Both the position numbers and the translations under genes were made by a program. Shown here piece after piece: positions 12,760 to 31,012 of a DNA stretch of 64,000 bases. Numbering within the stretch: the stretch's first letter is position 1; every line of letters begins with the position of its first letter. Source of the stretch: the human T2T-CHM13v2.0 reference genome, Homo sapiens; NCBI RefSeq assembly GCF_009914755.1, contig NC_060934.1, one strand, 5' to 3'. The notes below the pieces were generated by a model. It made no database searches. It saw only the letters and a list, made by a program, of their open reading frames with translations, and had not been told where the DNA came from.

Positions 12760-13760
12760 GGGGCCCGCGACCGTCTATCCTTGTGGCGGTGACAGATCAG
12801 TAGAGTGAATTGCAGGAGTCAGTATTGTCGAGATTGTAACTTGAGGTTTAGATTCCTGGGTAACAGAAGCGAGGGCAAAGGCTCGCCCACCTCCCCGGAC
12901 ACGAAGAGGGGCCAACTTCCTCCAAGAACGGGGCCTTCCCGCGGGCCAGGAACTGTGACGGCCGCCGCCCCCTCAGGCCGAGTGCAGCAGTTCCGCGGGC
13001 ATACGCGTCCAGGAACCAGACTCGGGCCGCCCCGTGCCCACCGACCCTCCGGAAACGAACCGGATCTCGCCCGGCCTCATGGACCCCTTCCCCCGGCTCC
13101 TGTTCCGGGGCTCCGGCGAGCGCGGCCCTCGCCAGACTGCGGCGGGCCGGGCTCCTCACCCGCGCGTCCCTGCCCGCCGAGGTGCAACACGCGCGGCCGC
13201 GCAGCGAGGGCTGCACGCTGCCCGGACGCCGGCTGCCGGCGGAGTGCCCTCACCTTACTCGCGGTGGCTTTCTGGAGGCTGCCATTCGGCGGTGACGTGC
13301 CCCAGCCCACGTCAGGGGAGCGCAGACCAGCTGATCACCCGCGGAAGGGCCGGCGCGAAGGAGGCGCGAGAGCCGGCGGGCGGGCGGGCTAGCGCCGGGT
13401 CGGCCACGCCCTCGCCCGTGGCGGGCGCTGGCGCCGCGGCCCCGCCCACACGCAGGCCCCGCCCACACTCCCGGACCTGGGGTTCGCGGCCGCAGCGCCT
13501 GCGGCCCAGAGCGGGGCCTGCCCTTCCACACCAGTCCGCATTGCCTCTCCCTGCAGCGAGCGGGGAAAGGACGCAGTGCTGCTGAGTGTCTTCATTTTTG
13601 TTCGTTTTTGTCGTCATTCCTCAAAGAGGAAAAAGGGCTTTGCCGAATAAAGGGGCTACTGTCCCAGGGATTTTCCGGCTTAATTTAGGAGGGCTGAGAA
13701 GAGAGGGACGTGGCCGGCTCCGGAAGAACCTCGACAGGGTCTTCGAGGCTTTGGAACAGG
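12760..13760 (-). promoter_or_regulatory. XPNPEP1: CpG-island promoter and 5' UTR of XPNPEP1
   Basis: Very high GC and CpG density. Contains GC boxes (CCCGCCCAC near 13440 and 13458), KLF-type CCACGCCC (13403), NRF1-like GCGCCTGCGG (~13495) and two TGACGTG sites at 13293-13314. Confidence 0.9.
13254..13285 (-). CDS. XPNPEP1: XPNPEP1 coding exon 1 (N-terminally extended isoform), MAASRKPPRV(R)
   Basis: Minus strand reads ATG GCA GCC TCC AGA AAG CCA CCG CGA GTA AG|GTGAGG: 32 nt ending at a consensus donor, inside a CpG island. Matches the recalled N-terminus MAASRKPPRVRVNHQDFQLRNLRIIEPNEVTHSGDTGVETDGRMPPKVTS of the long XPNPEP1 isoform. Confidence 0.95.
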
Positions 13761-13939
13761 GTCTCAAGCTTTAGAAATGTCCCCAAAAGTATGTTCCCAG
13801 AGAGCTTCAAAATCCAGCTCTCCGCTCCGCTTGGATAGTAAATAGCCCCTTCAAACTTAACGTCCAAACGGAACTCCTGGAACTCCCAATGCACCGAAGC
13901 AAAGCAAAAACGTTCTCCACCAGTCTTCTTTGCCATCTC

Positions 13940-14870
13940 AATCAATGGCTACTCTATTCTTAAGAGGCAAAATTTAGGAATCCTCCCTGCCTCTTCTCTT
14001 TCACACCCCACATCTAATCTGCCAGCAAAATCTTGTTGGCCCTGCCTCCAAAATAGACCCCTAATCTGGCCGTGTCACACCACCTCCACCTCCTACCCTC
14101 TGATGTGCATCAGAGGGTTGTACCACCCCACCCGTGTGGTTACAGCAGCCCCCCAAATATCCCCTCACCATCCCGCACCTGCACAGTCCAGCCTGAACAA
14201 AGCCGCCAGACCAGTCCTTTGAAGCGTGACACCAGGTCACTTCTTTGCTCAGCACTTTCCATTAATTTCTCGTTTCACGCAGCATAAAAGCTCCATTTGA
14301 TCTACCCCCAGCCACATTTCCTCCTGTTCTCACCTTCCTCACTCTTCTTCAGCTGAAATGGCCTCCTGGCTCTCCTTGAAAAAGCAGGGTACACTCATGT
14401 CCCAGGGCTTTTGGACTTGCTCATCCCCCAAATATTGAGGCTCCCTTCCTCATTTTCCTTCAAGTCTTCGTTCAAGTATCACCTACCCTGACCATCCTAT
14501 TTAAATTTGTAAATCATTCCAATATTCCTAATCCGCCTTACCCTACTTCATTTTTTCCATAGCACTTACCACCTTTTAACAGGATTCTTTTAATGTACTT
14601 ATGTGTACTGTATTGTTCCCCCTCTCCTGCCACCACCCACGCACACAACAAAACCATCAGTGCAGATTGTTTCTGTTTTGTTTAATGATGAACAATATCT
14701 AACATGTCATAAGTTCTCATTATATATTTTCTGCAGAAATGAATGTTTCAGAATGTGCACTCCTCAAAAGCAGGGATGGTGGCTCTCTTGTTCATTGTTA
14801 TTTCCCTGGTGCTTAGAACAACACCTGGCACTAAATGAAAGTGACCACATTTTTTTAAAGGTGAATGGCA
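13940..14870 (+). mobile_element. L2 LINE fragment
   Basis: L2 body motifs (cagggcttttggacttgct, ttccctggtgcttagaacaacacctggcac). Confidence 0.65.
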
Positions 14871-15305
14871 CCTCCTCCTGCTTTGACCTTGGTGTAAGGC
14901 CTAATATACCTGTATCAGCTAGGTTCTGCTACCTGCAAGAACTCAAAGTCGTTATTGAATAAGCATTTAGGCAAGCCGAATTAGACTGTGTAGTTAAAGC
15001 ATGAAAAAACTAAAGATGTGCTTCCTGGGAAAGCAGCACACATCTGTTGCATTTCCCCAAATTTATGAAGCCAAAAACAGAGAGATTGTAAATAAAATAC
15101 TGGTTCCAGCCCACATCTGAAAGCTGGTGGGAAAAATCAAGTTATAAGAGAAAACGAGATAAGAGAGAGAGAGATAAGTGAAACTTAAGGGGGACAGGTA
15201 TTTAATAATCACATTGCCTAAAAGAAAAGGAGTTGGCTCAGAATTTACGGCATCCAGCTTCAGGGGAGAGAGAGAAATACCTTGCATTCCCTGAGCTGGA
15301 TTTGA

Positions 15306-15653
<348 letters not shown>

Positions 15654-16126
15654 TAACAAGAGAACCTCTGGAGAAGTTATAGCACTGAATTACCATGAGA
15701 GAATGAGAACACCAGGAGTTATATAGGTTCTTCTCCTGGCTCTACAGTCCTTGCATCCTCAAAGAAGTGGAACAGTCACACTGCCTGACATTCATTGAAG
15801 GCTATGTGTCTAACCCACAACAAACCAATGGGTGAAGGACTCTTATCCTCATTTTACTGGTTGAGGAGACTGAAATTTGCAGAGGTTAAGCCCCTTGCCC
15901 AAAGTCCCTGAGCTAGTAAGTGGTGGTACTGTAACATACATTCAGACAGCAGGATGGATTCCTAGCCCTGACACTTAATCGCGAAGTTATCTGGAAGGGA
16001 CCCTAGAGGTGGCCTCATCCAGTCTCCTAGCCCACACAGCAGAAAGAGGGAGACAGCTGGTTTTGGCATTCACACCCAGACCGGGTGGGTCTTAGATGTA
16101 GCCAGAAATATTAAATGCGTAGAAAT

Positions 16127-16584
16127 ATGTTGGATTGAATTGTGACCTCAAAAATTCATATGTTGAAGCTCTAACCCCTAGTACTTTCGAATGTGATCTT
16201 ATTTGGCAATAGGATCAGTGCAGATGTAATTAATTAAAATGCAGTCATATTAGAGTAGGAAGGATCCCTAATCCAATATGAAGTGTCTTTATTTAAAACA
16301 GAAAAAGAAATCACACTGTGCACACAGGAAGAACACCATGTGAACACGAAAGCAGAGATCAGGACGATGCATCTACAAGCCAACAAACACCAGGACTGCC
16401 AACAAACTGCCGAAAGCTAGGACAGAGCCATGGAACAGATTCTCCCTCACAGCCCATGGAGTGAACTAACCCTGTGGGTATCTTGATCTTGGACTTCCAG
16501 CCCTCCAGAACAGTGAGACAACAAATTTGTTTTCAAATCACGCAGTTTGTGTTGCTTTGTTACGAAAGCCCTAGGAAACCAATG
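16127..16584 (+). mobile_element. MLT1 (B/C-like) MaLR LTR
   Basis: tgttggattgaattgtg...aattcatatgttgaag ... agattctccctcacagcc ... gccctaggaaac. Confidence 0.8.
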
Positions 16585-17108
16585 TAAAACAAGTTCCAAA
16601 TGTCCGTGTATAGATTGTGGACCTGTGTTTTGGGCCACCCGACATTCATTCATTCTCCTTCTGATAACCATCCTACCAATTCCCTCTGGGGCCCACCTCT
16701 CCCTACTTCCCTCCTTTCCCCATTCTCTATGTATGTTATCCAAGTGCAACACTTGGATTCCAAGAGTGTATCATGTAACCCAGGCATAGGCTACAATGAT
16801 AGGATCAGATATTGCTATGGGAATAGAGTCTTGCTTCCTTCTGCCAGCCAAGATCCTGGATGCATATACTCGAACTGCTGCCTCTATGTGCAACATGTGA
16901 ATGGCACCAAGGCAGCAGAAGACAGAGCAAATAGAAAGGGGAGAAGCAGACCTCAAAACGTTATTTGAGTGCTGCATCCTGCAACACCTTAAACCAGATG
17001 TCCCACTGGACTTTACTTAAGTAACCATCTGTACCATTGAATTTTATGCATGAGTAGATATCATTTTATTAATGTAGACAATCACGAACTAACAAAGGGA
17101 AAAAGTAA

Positions 17109-17446
<338 letters not shown>

Positions 17447-17475
17447 AATATCCCATTTTTATAACATATCCATAA

Positions 17476-17803
<328 letters not shown>

Positions 17804-19057
17804 GAGTAAGTACTTTTTTAGAATAAAAGGAAAGTGATCCACAAAATCTTAGTGCATATCTTGAGGTGGCAGAACTTGGGCTGATTTTAATTTTGCCATT
17901 TTTTTGAGATTGTTTTTTATTAACAAGAAACTCAAAGTACTAATAATTTCTCTGGCCCTTACTCCTTGGAAGGCAGAGCCAAGGAACTCGTTTTGTACTC
18001 CAAATCCAAGCACTACAAGTAATAGTAGCCCTCTAGTATTCAATTTGATAATTGGTTGATGACCTGACCACTTATTGAAACAGGAGCAACATCTCTTGAT
18101 AAACTCCCAGATGAGAGGACTAAAAAAAATAGAAATCCCTGTAGGAGATCAAACAAAATTATAGCTTTAGAGGAGAGTTTTAACCTTTTCAAACATTTCA
18201 GTTTGTTCTAATAAAATTGATAGTTACAAGAACAGTAATGAGTGAAGCTCTCATAAATCATTATAACATGGCCTTATTTTTTGTAAAGTTAACTAAAAGA
18301 TAGGCTTGAGGTTGCACCCTAGAAAGGAATGGGAGAAGACAAGCCAACTTTCAGGATTGTAGAGTCTGCCAAAACAATGTACTGTAAATTAAGGGTGGGA
18401 GAATGCATTTGGCTCAATTCAGAATCTACTCACCCTTTGTATTCAATGAAAACTGAACTCAGACCTTTTGATATCTGAGTTCCATTTACTCTTGGCAAAG
18501 TTCAATTCTCTGGCTCAAATTTTTTAAAAAGCCCTTTAAGAGGCCCAGAGGGTTTCTTGAACATCAAATGGTTCTTGCACAAACAACATATTGATGAGCT
18601 AAGTGCAAATGAATTAGAAACATACAGAGTAAGTGTTCTTTGAAACACACAGACCCTCCCACCCTATGAGGGAAAAGACTCAGGGAAGCTCTATGGCAGT
18701 CTCTTCCTTTAAGGAGTATTCCTTTTTACCGTAATTTATCCCCTCCTCAAGAAGCCTTTGGGGGACCTTTGCAAAATATGGGAAAGGGAAGAGAGTATAT
18801 CCAGCTGTTCATGATGTTGACTTCTCACAATCCCTTCCAAGCTATGTCTTCAAAACTGGGCTTTGGAGAGGGGCAGCACAGCCTAGAGGTCAAGGTCAAG
18901 AGACAAATTCTGACTCTGTTTCTGCCGCTAAATAAATGTGTGACTATAGAACTGGCAGAGCACCCTTTCCTCTGGTTTCTTAAGGTGTTGGGCTTGACAA
19001 ATGCCTTCCAGTCTGACTATGTAGTAATCAAATCCCATATGTTTTCTTTGACCCTGA

Positions 19058-19375
<318 letters not shown>

Positions 19376-19384
19376 CACTATGCT

Positions 19385-20385
19385 CAGCACTACATTCTCT
19401 TTTTAATAACAGCTTTATTGGAATACAATTCAGTGCCATACACAGAGCCAATTGAAAGTGTGCAATTCAATGGTTTTTACTATATTCATAGAATTGTGCA
19501 AGCATCACCACAATTTTAGAACATTTCATCACTCCAAAAAGAAACTCATACCCTAGGGCAGTCACTCCCCATTTCCCCCCGTCCTCTCCACCCTAGGCAA
19601 CTGCTAATGTACTTTCTGTCTCTATAGATTTGCCTCTCTGGACATTTCATAAAAATGGTATCATTTAATATCTGGTCTTTTGTGACTGACCTCTTTCATT
19701 TAGCATAGCATTTTCAAGATGTATCCATGTTGTAGGATGTATCAGTACTTGATTCCTTTTTATTACCAAATATGCCAATTAAAATTCCATCGTACAGAAT
19801 ATTACTTTGTTTATCCATTCATCAGTTGATGGACATTTGGGTTGCTTCCACTTTTGGATATTGTGAAGAATGTTTCTATGACAATTCATGAGCAAGCTTT
19901 TGTGTGGACATGTGTTTTCATTTATCTTGAGTATATACCTAGGAGAGAAAATACGGAGTCATATGGTCACTTTTTGTTTAACCCCTTGTGGGAGACTTTT
20001 GGACTGTTTTCCAAAGTGGCTACACCATTCCCAGCAGCACTGTTTGGGGGTTGCAACTTCACATCCTCATCCATACTTGTTATCTTTTTTTCAATTCCAG
20101 CCATCCTAGTGGATATGAAGTGTTATTTCAAGTAGTATTGTGGTTTCAATTTCCGTTTCCCTGATGCTAACGATGTTGAGCCTCTTTTCATGTGTTTATT
20201 TACCATCTATATGTCTTTGTTGGAGAAATGTTTAGTCAGATCCCTTTCCCATTTTAAATTGGGTTATTAGGTTTTTTTGATTATTGAGTTGTAAGCATTC
20301 TTTATATATTCTAGATGCAAGTCCCTTATCAATTATATAATATGCAAATACTTTCTCCCAATCTATGGGCTATTCCATTTCTTTT
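19385..20385 (-). mobile_element. L1MB-type LINE-1 3' fragment
   Basis: aacagctttattg 3' end and standard L1M 3'-UTR motifs in reverse. Confidence 0.8.
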
Positions 20386-20442
20386 AAAATTCTAATTAGA
20401 TGGAAACATTCAAAGAGGAAGATTTCACTATTTAAAAATCCG

Positions 20443-20769
<327 letters not shown>

Positions 20770-21594
20770 TCTGTGTCTTCGGTCTCTTTTGAAAAATCGG
20801 AAGGTTGGTTTGGCAATACTAGTCTTTCCTTCTATACAGTAACAAGGAACATGAACAGCGCAGGGACTGGCCCCATGAAATGGGACAGAGAGCCCTCCAT
20901 TTAACCACTTACACTGTTCTACTTTACCTGCCAGACCACTATTGATGTCCAAATTTGTGACTCCTCCTCCTGGAGAATCTGACAAACATGGCCTGGATTT
21001 CAACTTCACTGAAATTGCCCTTGCAATTAAGCTAAGGTAACTACTTCTTGTCAGAATGGTTTCACCTTTCGCACCTAAACATAGAATCCCCCAAACTTAA
21101 CACCAGCTAGCAAGTCCTCACTCTTCTTGTTTTGCAATTTGGATTTTGCAAGGCATGGGGCAACTCATTGGGGCTTGGCAGAGCCCCCAGAATTCTGGCA
21201 GCCCTGTGTGTACTGATGTCATGAGTGTCCCTTGCCATAATGCATCCTCATTACTAACTCAAATCTGCCAAACTCAAACAATTGGAGCTGAAAAACAGAG
21301 TAACAGGCTGCCTGAGCTGCAAAACAGTGCATAAAAATACTCAGAAAAACAATTAGTGCCTAGGACCATATCCAAGAATGAAAATCACTATTTATTATTG
21401 TTAATCATCCCTTTCCCTGATCACAATTTGCCTGCTAAAAGCAGCCCCTTCTCAAAATACAATGAGTAGTTCTAAAAGATATCTTAGTAATATAACCTAG
21501 TCATATATATTCTTTTCCTTAGTTTCTCATTAACCTATGTTTAATGTTTTATTCATCTACTCCTTCAATTTAATAACCTTTTTACCCTTACTTT

Positions 21595-22550
<956 letters not shown>

Positions 22551-23139
22551 CCTATTCTTATTACTCTTTATTAATATATTTGTTTTCTTTTTTCCATCAA
22601 CTGTCCCCAGATTTCAAATGAAATTCCTAATTGCTTTTGCCCTTGGGGAAGTGGAGTGGCATTTAATTTTAGAGTGAACCCTTCTTTAGCCTCTCCTGTT
22701 AAGGACTCCGTTGGAGAAATCACACTTCAAGGGTCCCTTCACTCTTGTAAATCAGAATTGTTACCACAGTGCTACTTAAGCCAAAGTCTCTAAGTATCTA
22801 GCCTAGGTATTTTAGATACAAACAAAATAAAGTAATTCAATCATTTAAAGGCATAGACGTGGAAATTTGGAACTAGAAGGGGCCCTAAGGATTCCTTCAT
22901 CAATGCCTTCATTTTATACATAAAGATGCTCTAACCAAACCGAGAGTCATGTGAGCAAGGCCACACAGCTGCTTATTAGAGAATAAGACTGAAACCCAGG
23001 TCTTCTGATTCCCCTCTATTCCTCTGATCAGTTCACCCTATAGTCTCTCAGCCAGCTGTGCTTAGCAAACACTGGGGCAATTATAATTCCAAGAGCAAGG
23101 GCTGCATTCATACATAGAACAGAGTGGAGAATTAGGTGA

Positions 23140-23687
<548 letters not shown>

Positions 23688-25384
23688 CTAGTTCCTGAAA
23701 GTATTTTAATTTGGGACCCTTATTCCAGATAATTGAGACATATATGAGGTGTTTATGCATTTGCTCTCTGTAGAAGTACCCCCACCCCACCTGGTCCCGG
23801 TTAAAGAGAGAGGGAGAGAGATAGACACCAGACAGACAGATACTGGTTGGCAACTCAGATCTTTGCAGGCTTGCAGGGCTTGTGAGGGAAGCAGCAGGGT
23901 GAGCAGGAAGCTGTGGGGACTCTGTGGGGCCTGCCTTTGGCCTAAGTTCACAAAATAAGCAGCAGATGCAGCAAGGCCTCTGCAGATTTAAAAAAAAAAA
24001 AAAAGCATGTTGCGTCAGAGCACATGTCTCCCCAAAGGGTACGTGTACGAACAGCATGCAGACTTGTGAACTGAAGCCCTTCACTTTCCCAAGTGTGAAG
24101 AGCTGGGCCTTAACTTGTTTCCATAAATTGCCGTTTAGTTTAAGCTGCTGTGCAGCACATCATCTCTCCTAGTCAATTGCTAACTGGTAGTGTGCACCAT
24201 GGTAACCTGCAGGCCAACAGATCCTGTTGGATCCCAGGCCAACAGATCCTGTGGAGCAAAGCACTCTGCATACTGAAGTCCTCTGTCAGCTGGTATGCCT
24301 GGACTCATTCATGTGTTGATTGTGAAAAGCATGCTGCACATCTTTTGGCTCTTTGCAAGCTCTCAGTTCTTGGAGGTGACCAAAGCTTAATCCGCAGTTG
24401 GGTCACAGACACTGAAAGGAGTTTCACCTTACCTTAGTATTTAACACCACAAGCCTTGGTGTCAAATAGATCAAGGCTTGAATGCCTGTTCTGCACCTTA
24501 GTAGCTGTAAGATCTTGAGCAACTCACTTTTTTCTCTCTAAGCCTCATCTGTAAAGTGGGAAAAAGGATACCTGACTCTGAAGGCTATTCTGAAGACTGA
24601 AAGAAAGAATACAAGAAAAGTACTCTGCACTGTCTGGAGCACAGACAGAGCACAATAAATGTTGGCTCTATTATTCCTGAAGAGCTCCCACAGTGCATTG
24701 TACAAATCTGATATCTATACATCTTCATAAAACCATAGATGGTCAAAACTGGAAGAGTCTTTGGAGACCATCTAGTTCACTAAACTTACGAGGAAAGCAG
24801 TTTCCTCCTCCACAAAATGAGGTGGTGGCCCTGGCCAGCATGTGGTCCCATCAGTCTAGGGTTTTGTCAATGCCCTTATTGTGTAAAGCAAGGCGCACCT
24901 GCAGACACCAGAGTAGATTTGCCCATGGGGTAGGCCTTACTGTTATGTTAAAGAGTCACCTTTCCTGCAGCCTTGGCTCACTCCTTAATAGGCAGAGCTT
25001 AAGAGGCCCCTGGGTGAGGCTCAGAGACAAATGAGCTCAGAACACATGTGGGAGGGCACGACTTACATCCTTTCCCTCTTCGCCAGAGTTGCCCGAGTGT
25101 GTGAGCAGTGGGATGGACAGCTCTAAGTTGGAGTTCAGCACAGCTGTGAAAACAACCTGTTCCCATGGCTTCCCTCAGCTCTTTGGCACAAAGAGACCTT
25201 CCAGCAGCTTCAAACAAAGGAGGAGCTACTCTTAAATGGAAAGAGAGCAAAACAGAAAGCTGCTATTGTATGACCTCGTCACCAACTAGGTCTTCCTTCC
25301 TTCCTTCCTTTGAAGTTAGAGGGGATTGGAATCATGTGGGTGTAAAGCAAAGAAGAAAAAAGAAATAGATTAAAAATCTCATGT

Positions 25385-27053
<1,669 letters not shown>

Positions 27054-28731
27054 TATATCTTCTACTCTTCTTCAGGGATCAGGTGAAATGTCTTCCATAA
27101 GGAAGCCCTCCCTGCCCTCCTGACCTTATGAGTGTCATCTGTGCCAGCCTCCCACAACAGCAAGCTCCGTGATGGCAGGGCCTATCCCAGTCTTGTTCCC
27201 ACACTACATTCTTAGGGCTTAGCACAATTCCCAGCTCATGTGAGATTCTCACTTTCATTTAATACGACAATGAATGTGTACATAGCACATGCAGCCCACA
27301 ATACTCGACTTTTTCCTTCTCCAAGGAGCTCAGATTCCTCAAGTCTAAATGTACCGACTTGGAGAAAGAACCATCTCTTTGCAAAACTCAACTGACTGAG
27401 AAGAGCAGTGAATGAAGTACATGAGAAAGACTGGATTGGGCAATATTTATTAAGCACCTGTTATGTTCCAGGCACTATGCTCGGTGGCACACAAGGGAGT
27501 CAACGATGACTGAGCCCTGCCCCGACCTGGCAGCAGAACACTCAGTGGAGGTCAAACTTGGGGGCTGTTTTGTTCCAGCTTAGCCAAAGTTGACCTACCA
27601 TTCAGCTGAATTGTCCTCTTCCATGCAACTCACATGCCAGACCTTGTGTTGCAGTAAAAAAGGAGAAATTTCCCCCCTCATCAAATAAAAATCACTTGCA
27701 AGCAGGTCTTTTATGTGGCAAATATCTAGGTCATGTCATGTAGCCTTAGAAAGAGGGTAAGATCAACGCTTTAGAGTTTGAAGACCTAAAAATGATGGTG
27801 AGCAGGACCGAGACACCAATTCTAGATAACTTCTGAATGTATTCCCATATTTAGCAAATTTTTTTTTAGTGCTCCAATATGCCAGGCACCTAAGTGGCAG
27901 CAATAGAGCAAAAAACAAAATCGACCAAAATCTTGGCCTATGTGGAGCTTACATTCTAGTGGGAAAAGACAAGCAATAAAATAAAAATATAGTATGTAAG
28001 GCAGTGATAAGTGTTAAAGAGAAATAAAAAGGAAGGGAAGGGAAATTGGGTTGCTGGAAGTGGAGTGGGGTGTAATCTCTCTAGGAGTGTCAGGAAAGGC
28101 CTCTTTGGAAGCCTAACATTTAAAGGACGTAAAGGGGTGGGCCCTCACAGTAATGTCTTGATGCCTCAGCAGCACCAAAGTTGACAAAGTCACTGAACAG
28201 AAGAAAGAGCTGCCCTGGGTGGGATGTGCCAGTGCCCCGGAGCAGTGCCTGGCGGAGGGGACCCAGCCCAGCCTAGGCAGGTCATTTCCACAGCTAGGTT
28301 TGCAGCATCTCTCCCCTTTCCATGCTGCCTCCCACACCCTAGGATTATAGCAATACAGTTGGACATTATAAATCCAAGGAGGTCCAGGATAGCTAATGGA
28401 AGGAGCCATGGTTGGTGGGTCATGCATGCATTATCACCAGCTGCCAAGGAGCCAGGTGAGGGCAGGGGCTTTTATTATAAGTGTAATGGAATTATCAGAC
28501 AGGTCCATACCACATACCGGACATGCTAGAGAGCCCTAGGGAAGGAAGCTACCAGGTATGCTGAAAATGAAAAGGAGATGTTGCAGGGCAGTAGGAGGTG
28601 TTCAGGGAAGACCATGGAGGACAATAGTTATAGCAGACTTGAAACAAAAAGGCATGGAGATATTCTGGGCTTTTAGGGAACGTTTGACCAAAATGAGGGA
28701 AAATTGAAGCTGAGTTGAGAAAGCAGTGTTA

Positions 28732-29030
28732 AGCTGGGTGTGATGGCTCACACCTGTAATCCCAGTGCTTTGGGAAGCCCACATGAAAGAACTGCTTGAG
28801 GCCAAGAGTTCAAGACCAGCCTGGGCAACATAGCGAGCCCACATATCTATTTTTTTTAAAATTAGCCAGGCATGGTGGCACATGCCTGTAGTCCGAACTA
28901 CTCAGGAGGCTGAAGTGGGAGGATCACTTGAGCCCAGGAGTTTGAGGCTGCAGTGAGCTGTGATTGTGCCATTGCACTCCAGCCTGGGCAGCAGAGTGAG
29001 GCCATGTCTCTAAAAAAGGAAAAGAAAAAG
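28732..29030 (+). mobile_element. AluJ
   Basis: J diagnostics; TSD-like gaaagca(g/a)t(g/a)tt. Confidence 0.85.
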
Positions 29031-29344
29031 GAAAGCAATATTGTAAATGCCCTAAGGGGCTACAGTTTTCTTAATTGGAGCTCCTAGGTTGTGGAGTTAG
29101 AGGAGGTGAGCAGGGGTGTACTGGTACAGAACTGGAAGAAAAGCAGGACAAATTAGGGTTCTGGCTCTTGGGATACCCAGTTCTGCCACATGTGAGCTGC
29201 AGGGCCTCAGCAGATCACTGTCCACACTGGGCCGTCTTCCCCTTCTCTGAAACAGGGCAGATTGGATGTACCCCAAGCCTTCCTCCTGCTATGACATTTG
29301 GAGACTATGGTAACAACTAAGGAATGATCCTCTCCTGGGCCTGC

Positions 29345-29960
29345 ACACCCAACAGAAATATGTACATATGTTCACCAAAAGGCACGTACAATTGCAGCAC
29401 TGTTCATTGTAGTCAAAAATTGGAAACTACTCAAATGTCTAAAAACAGTGAAATGGATGAATAAATTCTGGTCTATCCATACAGTTGAAAAGTGTAAAAC
29501 TGTAGGAATGAAAAAGCTATGGCTGTATGCACAGTGTGAATGAATCACACAAATAGGACTCAGACATCTAAGAGTATATGCTGCGTCTGTAGGCCTTTAT
29601 AAAGTTCAAAAACAGGAAACACTAAATTGTTACATTAGAAGTCAGATTAATACTTACCCTGGCTAGGGAGCTTGTGACTAAAGGAGGCCTGAGTGACACC
29701 CCCTGGCTTCTGATTATGCTCTTTCTTAATCTGGGTCTGCTTACATAGATGTGTGGACTTTATGAAAATTCCTGGAGCTATACTTTTATCATCTGTGCAC
29801 CTTGTAAGTATATTATTCTACAATTAAAAATATACTTAAAAACACTTTTAGAAGAAAATATAGGTGACAATCTTTAAGATCTTGAGGTAGGGAAAAATTT
29901 TTTATATAAGACAAAAAGAACACAAATCATTAGAGAAAAAACCAATGGATTCAATTATAT
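29345..29960 (+). mobile_element. Old L1ME/MD fragments
   Basis: gcagcactgttcattgtagtcaaaaattggaaac...aagttcaaaaacagg. Confidence 0.6.
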
Positions 29961-30814
29961 TTAAAAATTTTTTAATTCAGAAGGAAGCAGATACAATAAC
30001 AGCAGTGCACCTGCAAACAGCTTCAGTGTGATAGGGGAATAACATAATGAATAGATTATTCATTTCATTTTGCTGTGAACTATGCCAAGCCCCTTGCAAC
30101 TGTTATCCCATTGAACCATCATAACTATTCTATGAGGCCAGTGCTATTATCATCCCCATTTTGTAGATGGGTAAACTGAGGTTTGGAGGAGTTAAATTAC
30201 TTGCCTATGAGCACTTGGTTGGTGAGTAGAAGTGCCAGTAATTGAATTCAAGTGGGTCTGACTTCTGAGCTTTTCATCATTTCTCAGTGACAAAGCAGGT
30301 TCAAAGGCCAGCTCGAGTGGGGAGTAAGGTCACAGGTTGCAGGTTCAGGTCCCCAACACAGTCCAGTCCCAGCAGTGTTTTCAAATAGAGCAGATAATTA
30401 GTTATGACTCCAAGCTCCCACCCCCCAAGATCAGAAGCCCAAGGTTGAATCAGAACCCTGTCCTCTTGATGGGGTGGAGTAAAAGTGAAAGGTGGGATTA
30501 CGGGAATCCCATCAATCTCAATTTCAATTGAGAATTGAGAGGAGGAGGTTGGGCTCTTCTGTTGCATTCTCTGTGCCTGTTATAATCAGTGATGATGCCT
30601 TTCTCAGTTCCTCAAAAGGAATGTTCTACTCCAGCTAGTCCTCTCCCACTGAGTGTTGGCCCGGTATGCCAGGTTCATTCCAATCTCTGAACACCGTTTG
30701 TCCCACCTGGAAGACCCTTTCCCTTTCCCTCCTCTTCTATCTAATTCTGCTATACTTCCAGGCCCAGGTGGAGCCACACCTATACTCTGAAGTTGGCCTC
30801 TATTACTGCAAGCC

Positions 30815-31012
30815 AATACTGTCCAATAGGACTTTCTCTAGTGAGAAGGTTAATTTTGCATTTTCCCGTATAGTGGCCACTAGGTACATGTGGCTGTTGA
30901 GCACCTACTATGCCTAGTATGACTGAGAAACTACATTTTTTATTTCATTTAATTTTCTTTAATTTACATTTAAATAGGTGCTTGTGGCTAGTGGCTACCA
31001 TATTGAACACAC
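30815..31012. mobile_element. MER3-like DNA transposon
   Basis: ctgtccaatag ... gccactag..acatgtggct ... gtggctagtggctaccatattg. Confidence 0.7.

Noticed and set aside
12805-13617. Long overlapping ORFs (195, 183, 122 aa) in the CpG island
   Set aside because: Stop-poor GC-rich sequence with Pro/Arg/Ala/Gly low complexity; only the 32-nt exon 1 is supported.
17849-18043. ORF containing KKMAKLKSAQ, resembling XPNPEP1's own WKKMAKVLRSAG
   Set aside because: The match is short, and the DNA (aaaattaaaatcagccc...gccacctcaagata..cact) looks like an old L1ME 3' remnant. No flanking similarity; treated as coincidence.
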